Shown here: in pieces, positions 8,825 through 16,449 of the stretch
Layout of the letters: every line of letters starts with the position of its first letter
Position numbering within the stretch: the first letter of the stretch is position 1
DNA from: an uncultured Anaerolineae bacterium
Lineage (GTDB): Bacteria; Chloroflexota; Anaerolineae; Aggregatilineales; Aggregatilineaceae
DNA length: 34,751 bases
Direction: 5' to 3'
Assembly (NCBI GenBank): GCA_966250245.1
Contig: CBINGT010000001.1
Coordinates: 1-34,751, forward strand
Position numbers and translations under genes: made by a program
Notes under the pieces: model-generated
What the model was told of the DNA's origin: nothing
The model's database searches: none
Seen by the model: the letters and a program-made list of their open reading frames with translations, nothing else

Positions 8825-10018
8825 TTACTCTCGGATGCTCAGGTCGGTGAAATCGAGCGGGACGATCTCAAACCACGTGTTGCCCGGCTTGAGGTAGAGC
8901 GGCGTCGTCTGCTGCTCATCCGCCCAGAAGGTCAGCATATCCTCTTCCACCCAGCGGTGCCAGAAGCCAGGCGTCTGCACCCCATCGCGGATGATCACAG
9001 CCGGTCCGAGCGTCCATATCTTGAGATCAATCTAAAAGCTCAAGTTGCCCTGCCACTCGCTCTCCACGATGGCAAGATCGGGCTGGTGATGCGCGTAGAT
9101 CAGCACGACGTTCGCGGCGGTGACTTGCTCGCCGGTGTTCGCGTCGGTGTGCGGAACGCCATCCACGCGGCGTGCGTAGCGGCCGGTGGCCGGGTCGTAC
9201 GTCCATTCAACTTCGTCCGCGCCATAGTCGATCGTGATCGTGCGGGCAGCGTCCCCCTGCGGCGGGGTGGGCGAAAAGCGCAGCCCGGCGAGATCGTCAG
9301 GCGGATCGTTGACGCCTTCGGCTTCCGCGCGCGCCCAGACCGCGCTCGGCACGGCGAACAGGTTGTGCGGCACCTCAATCGACGTGTCGCGGTAGTAGAG
9401 CGGCGCGCCGACCGTCACACCCTCGTAGGCGCGATCGGCGAAAGGAAGCTCCGCGATCTTGCGGCGGATCGGCTCGCTAGCGCCCGAATAGACCAGCAGC
9501 GTGCCGTACATCGCCGGAATCTCAAGGTCGATCAGGCGCGCGCTGCGGATCGATCCGAGGCGCGGCGGCGTGTGCGTCCAGAAAATGGCAGTGAAGCGGG
9601 TCAGCGGGCCTTCGGTCAGGTGCTCGAAGACCAGATCGGCCTGCGCGATCCCGGCCTGCGGGCGCACGATGTCCGGCGCGTTGGAGATTTTCGCGGCGAG
9701 CGGCCGCCGGTCGAGCACCGCCGGGTCGTCGACTGGCAGCCCGGTCAGCGGGTTGAGCGCGGGCAGCAGCGGGCCGGGGCCGGTGGCATCCGGCAGCGGA
9801 GTGGCTTGCGGGGGTGTTGCGGTGATCGTCACGCGGTTCGCGGCGGGCATGTCACACCCGGCGATCAGCGCCGCACTCAACACCGCACCTAACACCACAA
9901 TCGCCCCGATCCGCCGCGTAATCAGCGCCCGCCGGGTGATTTGCCTCGCTATCAATTTTGCCTCACAATACAGCGCAACAATCGAGCTAGTTCCTCTCTG
10001 TGACCATCGACCAAGCAT
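8825..10018 (-). pseudogene. DUF3048-family lipoprotein gene interrupted by an in-frame TAG (9032-9034)
   Basis: Lipobox LIAGC. DUF3048-like core LAAKISNAPDIVRPQAGIAQADLVFEHLTEG. After the TAG the same frame continues for 68 codons (IDLKIWTLGPAVIIRDGVQTPGFWHRW...KPGNTWFEIVP) to a TAA at 8825-8827, which matches the expected C-terminal domain. Confidence 0.75.
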
Positions 10019-10115
10019 ACCCGATTTCGTGCGGATGGGGGCAGAGAGGGCAAGGAGCGCAAGCTTCGTTAACTAAGCATTGAGAAGCGGGGGCGCGTGT
10101 TGGGCGGCGTCACTG

Positions 10116-10144
10116 TTGACTACGATCTTGGCGCGGTGTATCAT
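10116..10144 (+). promoter_or_regulatory. Sigma-70-type promoter upstream of the DUF4388 gene
   Basis: TTGACT (10116-10121), a 17-nt spacer, then TATCAT (10139-10144), about 87 nt upstream of the ATG at 10231. Confidence 0.55.
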
Positions 10145-10230
10145 CGTTCGCGCCGATGATGTTGTCTGCGGCCAGCACACCGGCCATCACCCGCCCACCA
10201 TGACTAAACCCCAGAGTAGGAATTTCTTAC

Positions 10231-11133
10231 ATGGCGCTCAAAGGGAATCTGGCGGATTTCAGCACCACCCAAATCCTGAATCTGATCCATCTCGCGCGCA
10301 AGACCGGCACGCTGCGGCTGTTCGAGCCGGTGTTGACTGGCGAGATGATCACCGACGGCGCGGGAAACAAGCGCCCGCGCATCGTCGCGGGGAAAGAACG
10401 CGCCAGCATTGCGTTCCGCGACGGCAAGCTGATCCTGGCCGCGATGGGCGACCAGGACGGCCACCTGGCGAACGTGTTGCACAAGGCGGGCAAGCTCAAC
10501 ACGGAACAGGCGCGGATCATCCGCGAGCGCGGCGCGAAATATAGCGACAAGGCGCTGGCGCTGATGCTGATCAACGCCAACTACGTCACCCAGGCGGACG
10601 TCGTGCGCAGCATTAAGCAGCACACGGTCGATATCGTCTATGACGTAATGACGTGGGATCGCGAGCCGTTCATTTTCGAGGAGAATCTGACGCCGCCGCC
10701 AGACCGGATCACCGTCCCGATTGATCTTAAGAATGTGATCATCGAGGGGACGCGCCGCGCTCAGGAGATCAAGCCGCTCGAAGAGGAACTGCCGAACCTC
10801 GACATGGCGCTGAAGTTCCCTGAGGCGCCGGGCGAGAAGTTCCGTGGGATCCACCTCGGCGTGGATGAATGGCGCGTCGTCTCGTACATCAATCCGAAAA
10901 ATTCCATCCGCCAGATCGCCAAAGCCTGCAACATGACGGACACTGAGATCCGGCGCATCGTCTACGGGCTGCTGCAAGCCGGGCTGGTGCAACTGGTCCG
11001 CCCGCCGGGGATGCAGGCGCCCGCGCCGCAGGGCCCGACGGTGGTGGCTCGTCGCCCAACGCCGATCGCGCCGCCGACTACGGTCAAGCGTAGCGTGGTG
11101 GAGCGGCTGATCGCCCGGATCAAGGAGAGTTGA
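10231..11133 (+). CDS. DUF4388 (PATAN) domain protein with a C-terminal winged-helix-like segment, 300 aa
   Basis: N-terminus LKGNLADFSTTQILNLIHLARKTGTL and WDREPFIFEE are typical of DUF4388. The C-terminal part VDEWRVVSYINPKNSIRQIAKACNMTDTEIRRIVYGLLQAGLVQLV resembles the wHTH of DUF742/CvnC proteins. Confidence 0.82.
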   Translation: MALKGNLADFSTTQILNLIHLARKTGTLRLFEPVLTGEMITDGAGNKRPRIVAGKERASIAFRDGKLILAAMGDQDGHLANVLHKAGKLNTEQARIIRERGAKYSDKALALMLINANYVTQADVVRSIKQHTVDIVYDVMTWDREPFIFEENLTPPPDRITVPIDLKNVIIEGTRRAQEIKPLEEELPNLDMALKFPEAPGEKFRGIHLGVDEWRVVSYINPKNSIRQIAKACNMTDTEIRRIVYGLLQAGLVQLVRPPGMQAPAPQGPTVVARRPTPIAPPTTVKRSVVERLIARIKES

Positions 11134-11229
11134 TCGGGGTGCCCGGCATTATCATGTGGGGAGCGCCGGGCCCAAACTTTATCGCGCTGTAGGTTCAAGG
11201 CTTTATAGCATCGAAGAGTGAGATCGCTC

Positions 11230-11781
11230 ATGCCTATCCAAACCGTGAAGATGGTTGTCACCGGCCCATTCAGCGCCGGGAAGACGGAGTTCATCCGGTC
11301 GATCAGCGAAATCGACGTCGTCTCGACCGACGAGACGATTTCGCCGGGGTCTGAGGAATATGGCGTCAAAGAGCAGACAACCGTCGCGATGGACTTCGGT
11401 CGCATCACGGTCGACGACGACCTGGTGCTCTACCTGTTCGGGACGCCGGGGCAGCGCCGCTTCGACTTCATGTGGGAGATTCTGGCCGAGGGCATGCTGG
11501 GCTTCGTTGTCATGGTCGACAGCTCCCGCCCGGAGACCTTCCGCGAGGCGATGACCATCCTCGAAACTTTCCGCGCCTACGCGCCGACGCCCTACGTCGT
11601 CGCGGCCAACAAGCAGGATCATCCCGAAGCGTGGTCGCCGGACGACCTGCGGATCGCGTTGCGGATCGAGGACCATATCAAGCTGCTGCCGTGCGTGGCG
11701 ACCGACAAGGAAAGCGTCAAGAACGTGCTTCTCGAGCTTTTGTACTCCATCCTCGAGGAGATGGATGCCGCGCAGCAATAA
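11230..11781 (+). CDS. Small Ras-like GTPase of the CvnD / COG2229 (conservon) type, 183 aa
   Basis: G1 GPFSAGKT, G3 FGTPGQ and G4 NKQD motifs, plus TTVAMDFGR. An alternative GTG start lies at 11218. ATG 11230 follows the gagtgag RBS by 8 nt. Confidence 0.88.
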   Translation: MPIQTVKMVVTGPFSAGKTEFIRSISEIDVVSTDETISPGSEEYGVKEQTTVAMDFGRITVDDDLVLYLFGTPGQRRFDFMWEILAEGMLGFVVMVDSSRPETFREAMTILETFRAYAPTPYVVAANKQDHPEAWSPDDLRIALRIEDHIKLLPCVATDKESVKNVLLELLYSILEEMDAAQQ

Positions 11782-11844
11782 GAAGGCGGCGCGTATCCCG
11801 CCGGTATCCCCCGGCGGGCTGCTTAGAGGGGGGAGTGCGCGAAG

Positions 11845-12663
11845 GTGCCGCTACTGGTCACCGAACCCGGCATTATCCATTACGAGGCGTATGGTCGCGG
11901 GCGTCCGGTCTTGCTGCTTCACGGCTGGCTAGGATCATGGGCGCTCTGGCGCGATACGATCGAGGTGCTTGGGCGCGACTTCCGCACCTATGCGCTGGAC
12001 TTCTTCGGCTTCGGAGAGTCCGGGCTGGTTCCCGGGCAAGAGCAGGAACATCGCTCGTACGCCTACACCGTCCCGATCTATGTCGAGATGGTGTACCAGT
12101 TTATGGAGCGGATGGGCATCAAGCGGGCGCCGCTGATCGGGCACTCGATGGGCGGCACGGTGTCGCTTAGCACCGCGATCAAATATCCGGAGAAGGTGGT
12201 CAAGGTCGGCGTGATCGGCTCGCCGATCAACGGTGCGTCGCTCAATTTGCTGCTCAAGCTGTCGGGCAATCCGGCGATGGCGCGCTTTTTCTGGCTGTTT
12301 GGGGGGAAGGGTCTGCTGCTGTTTCTGCGCGTCTACAGTCACTTCATGGCACGGGACGGCCGGGCGATGGCGCGCATGATCACCAAAGACGTGTCGATGA
12401 TCAGCATGGAGTCGTTTTTCCAGAGCATCGGCACGCTGCGCCAGACCGACCTGCGCCCCGACCTCGGCAAAGTCAAGGTGCCGACGCTGGGGATGTATGG
12501 CAAGCGGGATATTATCGTCCGTCCCAGCGAGCACAGCGTTTTGAAAGCGGGCGTTCCGCACGCGCAGATCGAGTGGTTCCCGGACGCCGGGCACTTCATT
12601 ATGCTCGATTCGCCGCGCCGCTTCATCACCACGCTGAGCGACTTCCTGCACAACTCGGCCTGA
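11845..12663 (+). CDS. Alpha/beta hydrolase with intact catalytic triad, 272 aa, GTG start
   Basis: HGWLGSW oxyanion region, nucleophile elbow GHSMGG, Asp in GKRDIIV and His in DAGHFIM. Confidence 0.88.
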   Translation: MPLLVTEPGIIHYEAYGRGRPVLLLHGWLGSWALWRDTIEVLGRDFRTYALDFFGFGESGLVPGQEQEHRSYAYTVPIYVEMVYQFMERMGIKRAPLIGHSMGGTVSLSTAIKYPEKVVKVGVIGSPINGASLNLLLKLSGNPAMARFFWLFGGKGLLLFLRVYSHFMARDGRAMARMITKDVSMISMESFFQSIGTLRQTDLRPDLGKVKVPTLGMYGKRDIIVRPSEHSVLKAGVPHAQIEWFPDAGHFIMLDSPRRFITTLSDFLHNSA

Positions 12664-12695
12664 GCGCGCGGCCGGTGAGTGAAAGCTAAGCAGCC

Positions 12696-14063
12696 ATGCG
12701 CAAGTTCATCATCGAAGACAACCACATGATCGCGCCGTTCAACGAACCGGCCCGCGATCTGAGCATCCTCAACAAGCCGCTTAAGATTCACCACGCCGAT
12801 ATTCTGGAAGAAGTCCTCGGCCCGACCGAAGCCGAGATGCCGCTGCGCACGGTCCACGATCTGCCGCACGTCGCGCCGGGCCGCGACGAGTGCGTCGTCT
12901 ACCGCGATAACCTGTATTTTGACATCGAGTTTTTCACCGCATTCTTCGATCAGGCGCGGGCCAGCCAGCTTCCGAGCCGCGCCGTGCTGCCCGCCAGCGA
13001 CGCGGCGTGGATGAAGTACGCCGTCCCGCTCTCGCGGCTGGAGCCGGTGCGCGATCACAGCGGGGCGCCGCTCTATTACCCGCTCGACCTGTGGTACTTC
13101 CCGAAGGGGTACGTCGAGCAGCGGCACTGGCGCGAGGTCCCGATCTTCAGCGACTACCGCGAGAAGGGGTATTACAACGTCCCGGACTCGATGTCCAATC
13201 TCAAACCCGGCGCGCAGCCAGGTGTCGCGGAGCGCGACCTCGACCTGACGCACCTGTTGACCGAGCGCTCGTGCCTGTCGATCGATAGCTGGGTGCATGT
13301 TTATTTCGCAAACATCATCCTCGGCGTGTTCTCGCGCGGCAGCCGGTTTGAGGAATACCTCTCACGGCACAATTTCTTCGCGCTGAAGGTGCTGTTCCGC
13401 GCCATCTTAGAGCAGAAGCAGCTTCTGTCGTGCTCGAAGCTGGTGCAGGTTGGCGAGGGCACGATCATCGATCCGTCGGCGGTGATCCTGGGGCCGACGA
13501 CCATCGGGCGCGGCTGCTACATCGGCCCCGGCGTGGTGATCGACAACTGCGCGATCGGGGACTCGGTCAACATCGCGCAGGGTTGCCAGTTGATGCTGAG
13601 CGTGGTGGGGAACAACTGCTTTTTGCCGTTCCGCGCGGCGCTGTTCATGACGACGCTGATGGAATACACCATCATCGCGCAGAACACCTGCCTGCAAATG
13701 TGCGTCGTCGGGCGAAACAGCTTTGTCGGCGCGGGGACGACTTTCACCGACTTCAACCTGCTACCCGCACCGCTGCGAGCCATCAACGCGCGGGGCGAGC
13801 TGGACGACTCCGGCCAGCCGGTGCTCGGCGGGTGCGTGGGGCACAATGCGCGCATCGGCTCGGGGATGGTCATCATGCCTGCGCGCGTGGTCGAGTCCGA
13901 CTCGATCCTGGTCGCCTCGCCAGAGCGCCGCGTCATCGCCAAGAACATCTCGTATGAAGAGAGCGATCATCACAAGCTGCGCCCGTCGATCGCTCGCCTG
14001 CACAAGCGCCGCTATCCGCGCCAGGCGGAGTCTGAAGCGGCGTATCTGGAAGAATGGGAATAA
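12696..14063 (+). CDS. Hexapeptide-repeat (left-handed beta-helix) protein with a nucleotidyl/acyl-transferase-like N-terminal region, 455 aa
   Basis: Repeated [LIV]G-x4 turns: IGRGCY IGPGVV IDNCA IGDSVN IAQGCQ. The N-terminus KFIIEDNHMIAPFNEPARDL resembles putative sugar nucleotidyltransferase-like LbH proteins (from memory, low certainty). Confidence 0.72.
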   Translation: MRKFIIEDNHMIAPFNEPARDLSILNKPLKIHHADILEEVLGPTEAEMPLRTVHDLPHVAPGRDECVVYRDNLYFDIEFFTAFFDQARASQLPSRAVLPASDAAWMKYAVPLSRLEPVRDHSGAPLYYPLDLWYFPKGYVEQRHWREVPIFSDYREKGYYNVPDSMSNLKPGAQPGVAERDLDLTHLLTERSCLSIDSWVHVYFANIILGVFSRGSRFEEYLSRHNFFALKVLFRAILEQKQLLSCSKLVQVGEGTIIDPSAVILGPTTIGRGCYIGPGVVIDNCAIGDSVNIAQGCQLMLSVVGNNCFLPFRAALFMTTLMEYTIIAQNTCLQMCVVGRNSFVGAGTTFTDFNLLPAPLRAINARGELDDSGQPVLGGCVGHNARIGSGMVIMPARVVESDSILVASPERRVIAKNISYEESDHHKLRPSIARLHKRRYPRQAESEAAYLEEWE

Positions 14064-14107
14064 GCCGCCTGCTGGCATCCCCTGAGTTTGAGTAGACAAC
14101 AACCAAC

Positions 14108-15214
14108 GTGACTCAGCCAGACACTTTCGCTTTCATCATCCATCCCATCGACCCGAAGAAAGACGTCTCGCGCAAGTGGCCGCTGCTCGGCAAGGTGCTG
14201 ACGGAAGGGCAGATCAACTTCTTCTCGCGCTTCTTCCCGCCGGTCTACATTTCCGAGATCACCGGCGTGCGCTCGATTGCGACCGGCAAGACGGTGACCG
14301 GATGGTTTATCGCGTGCCCGTTTACGCCGTACACGATGCTCCACCTGCCGGTTGAGACGGTCTACCGCAAGATCGTCGCGTGCGGGCGCAAAGCCGAATC
14401 GCTCGGCGCGCGGCTGCTCGGCCTGGGCGCGTATACGTCTGTGGTCGGCGACGGCGGCGTGACGATTGCGGAGCGGCTCGATCTGCCCGTCACCAACGGA
14501 GACGCCTACACGATCTATATGGCTGTCGAGGCTGTGCGCGAGGCTGCTCGCCGGATGGACCTGCCCATGAGTAATGCATCGGCGGCGGTGGTCGGCGCAA
14601 CCGGCACCATCGCCAGCGTGTGCGCCGAGATCCTGTCGCGCGAGGTGCCAGAGCTTGTGCTGGTCGGGCGGCGGCCAGACGCATTGAACGAGGTCCGCGA
14701 GCGGTGCGAGGGCGGCATGGCGCGCGTGACGGTCAGCACCGACATCGCCAGCGTGTACCCGTGCGACCTGATCCTGACCGTGACAAGCTCGGTGTCCAGC
14801 GTGATCGAGCCGGAGCACCTCAAGCCGGGCGCAGTGGTGTGCGACGTCGCCCGCCCGCGCGACGTGTCGGTGCGAGTGGCGCAGGCCCGCCCGGACGTGC
14901 TGGTGATCGAGGGTGGGATGGTCGAGGTGCCGGGGCCGGTCGATTTCGGCTTCGATTTCGGGTTCCCGCCGGGCAAGTCGTACGCCTGCATGGCCGAGAC
15001 GATGGCGCTGGCGCTCGAAGGGCGCTACGAAGATTACAGCGTCGGCAAGCACATCAGCCTGGACCGCGTGCGCGAGATCGGGGCCATCGCCGCGAAGCAC
15101 GGCTTCCGGCTGAGCGGGTTCCGCAGCTTCGAGCGCGCGGTGACGGATGAGGAGATCGCGCGCGTCCGCGAGCGGGCGGCTGCGACACGCCGCCGGGGAT
15201 GGTCTCCGGGCTGA
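14108..15214 (+). CDS. Acyl-ACP reductase (AAR)-like NAD(P)-dependent oxidoreductase, 368 aa, GTG start
   Basis: FAFIIHP N-terminus. Dinucleotide motif VVGATGTIASV matches cyanobacterial AAR VVGATGDIGSA. ACMAETMALALEG matches AAR ACFAEAMLLEFEG, including the candidate acyl-accepting Cys. Confidence 0.72.
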   Translation: MTQPDTFAFIIHPIDPKKDVSRKWPLLGKVLTEGQINFFSRFFPPVYISEITGVRSIATGKTVTGWFIACPFTPYTMLHLPVETVYRKIVACGRKAESLGARLLGLGAYTSVVGDGGVTIAERLDLPVTNGDAYTIYMAVEAVREAARRMDLPMSNASAAVVGATGTIASVCAEILSREVPELVLVGRRPDALNEVRERCEGGMARVTVSTDIASVYPCDLILTVTSSVSSVIEPEHLKPGAVVCDVARPRDVSVRVAQARPDVLVIEGGMVEVPGPVDFGFDFGFPPGKSYACMAETMALALEGRYEDYSVGKHISLDRVREIGAIAAKHGFRLSGFRSFERAVTDEEIARVRERAAATRRRGWSPG

Positions 15215-15306
15215 TGGGCGACATCAGGACGGCAATATTAGCGTGTCGTCTTTACGCTGCCTCACTGGTGTTTCAATTGATTCGCTTGTATAGTTGGGGG
15301 CCAGGC

Positions 15307-15436
15307 GTTTAGCGAGCAGCGGTTAGCAATTATCAACACATCAGAACAGAAATGTTGGGCGCTGCCCACGCACGCGCCCGGGAACTGTGTCCGGGGATGC
15401 CGTCCGCAGCGAACTGCTAACCGCTAACGGCTAGCG
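15307..15436. repeat. Inverted heptamer-array bracket repeat B3
   Basis: Left arm gtttagc gagcagc ggttagc aattatc (15307-15334). Right arm gcgaact gctaacc gctaacg gctagcg (15409-15436). It ends 30 nt before the regulator start codon. Confidence 0.8.
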
Positions 15437-15466
15437 GATTACATGGCGGCATGGGAAGGTGAAGGT

Positions 15467-16375
15467 ATGGGTAAAGGAAGAATCCTCGTCGTCGAAGATG
15501 ATTTCGACATCTCGAACATGCTGCGCATCTACTTCGGCGGGCAGGGCTACGATGTGCAGGTTGCACCGCGCGGCGCCGACGCGTTGATGCTAACTCGCAA
15601 GCAGCTTCCGCAGTTGATCGTGCTGGATATCATGCTGCCCGATATGAACGGCTATGACGTCTGCCGGGAGCTACGTTCCACCACGCGCACCAGCCACATC
15701 CCGATCATCTTCCTGACGCAGAAGGACGAGCGCAGCGACAAGATCGCCGGGCTGGAACTGGGCGCGGACGATTACATCACCAAGCCGTTCGACATCGAAG
15801 AACTCAAGCTGCGGGTCAAGAACCAGATCGAGCGGGCTGCGCGCGACAATTACACCGATCCGAACAGCGGCCTGCCGAGTAGCTCGCTGATCGAGGAGAA
15901 GCTGCGCGACCTGATCCGCGAGGACGCCATCTGGACGTACATCGACATTCGCATTCTGCACTACGACGCGTTCAAAGATGTCTACGGGTTCGTCGCGGCC
16001 AACGAGCTTCTGCGCTTCATGGCGCTGCTGCTCGGCGAGGTGCTGGACGAGCTAGGCACGCCGGACGACTTTCTCGGACACGCGGGCAGCGACAACTTCG
16101 CGGTGATCACCTATTCCGACCGCGCTACGGCGCTGATCGACCGGCTGGTGAAGCGCTTCTCTGAGGGCGTGCAGCAACATTATTCGTTCATCGACCGCGA
16201 GCGCGGCTATTTGCTGCGGGACGACGAGCGCGTCCCGTTGATGACGCTGGCAGTCGGCGCGATCTCGAACGCCAACCGGCAGTATGCGGACATTCGCGAG
16301 ATCACCGAGCTTGCGGCGGAAAACCGTCGCCGGGGCCGCACCGAGGACGACGCGCCGATCGCGGCGGAATGGTAA
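15467..16375 (+). CDS. Response regulator: REC domain plus degenerate GGDEF domain, 302 aa
   Basis: REC motifs VVEDD, LIVLDIMLPDMNG, FLTQ and ITKPF. The GGDEF position reads GSDNF (HAGSDNFAVI). The I-site RxxD position reads TPDD. Strong RBS ggaaggtgaagg precedes ATG 15467. The track ORF begins at 15443. Confidence 0.88.
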   Translation: MGKGRILVVEDDFDISNMLRIYFGGQGYDVQVAPRGADALMLTRKQLPQLIVLDIMLPDMNGYDVCRELRSTTRTSHIPIIFLTQKDERSDKIAGLELGADDYITKPFDIEELKLRVKNQIERAARDNYTDPNSGLPSSSLIEEKLRDLIREDAIWTYIDIRILHYDAFKDVYGFVAANELLRFMALLLGEVLDELGTPDDFLGHAGSDNFAVITYSDRATALIDRLVKRFSEGVQQHYSFIDRERGYLLRDDERVPLMTLAVGAISNANRQYADIREITELAAENRRRGRTEDDAPIAAEW

Positions 16376-16449
16376 GCGCCCAGGGCGATCGGTCCACCGA
16401 CGGGCGACGGGCCGGGGAATGACCCGGTCCGGCAGGCGAGCGGAATTCT

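Noticed and set aside
9032-9034. The in-frame TAG as a pyrrolysine or other recoding site
   Set aside because: The window shows no pyl genes or recoding signal. A nonsense mutation or sequence error is more parsimonious. The case is kept as a finding only for verification.
8732-9892. 386-aa plus-strand ORF, and similar antisense ORFs at 10204-10992, 12339-13298, 14012-15100, 30324-31031, 33175-33759 and 33885-34475
   Set aside because: Each is antisense to a gene with recognisable domain motifs and has an Arg/Pro/Ala-biased composition.
11797-11818. Hairpin cccgccgg-tatccc-ccggcggg after the GTPase gene as a terminator
   Set aside because: No T-tract follows it, and the next gene starts 27 nt later on the same strand. 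It is more likely an incidental GC-rich palindrome within an operon.
10231-15214. Search for a Roadblock/LC7 gene next to the GTPase and for an aldehyde-deformylating oxygenase next to the AAR-like gene
   Set aside because: The track contains no ORF with the expected size or motifs, and the intergenic gaps are too short (32-97 nt). Their absence is reported as part of the findings rather than as features.
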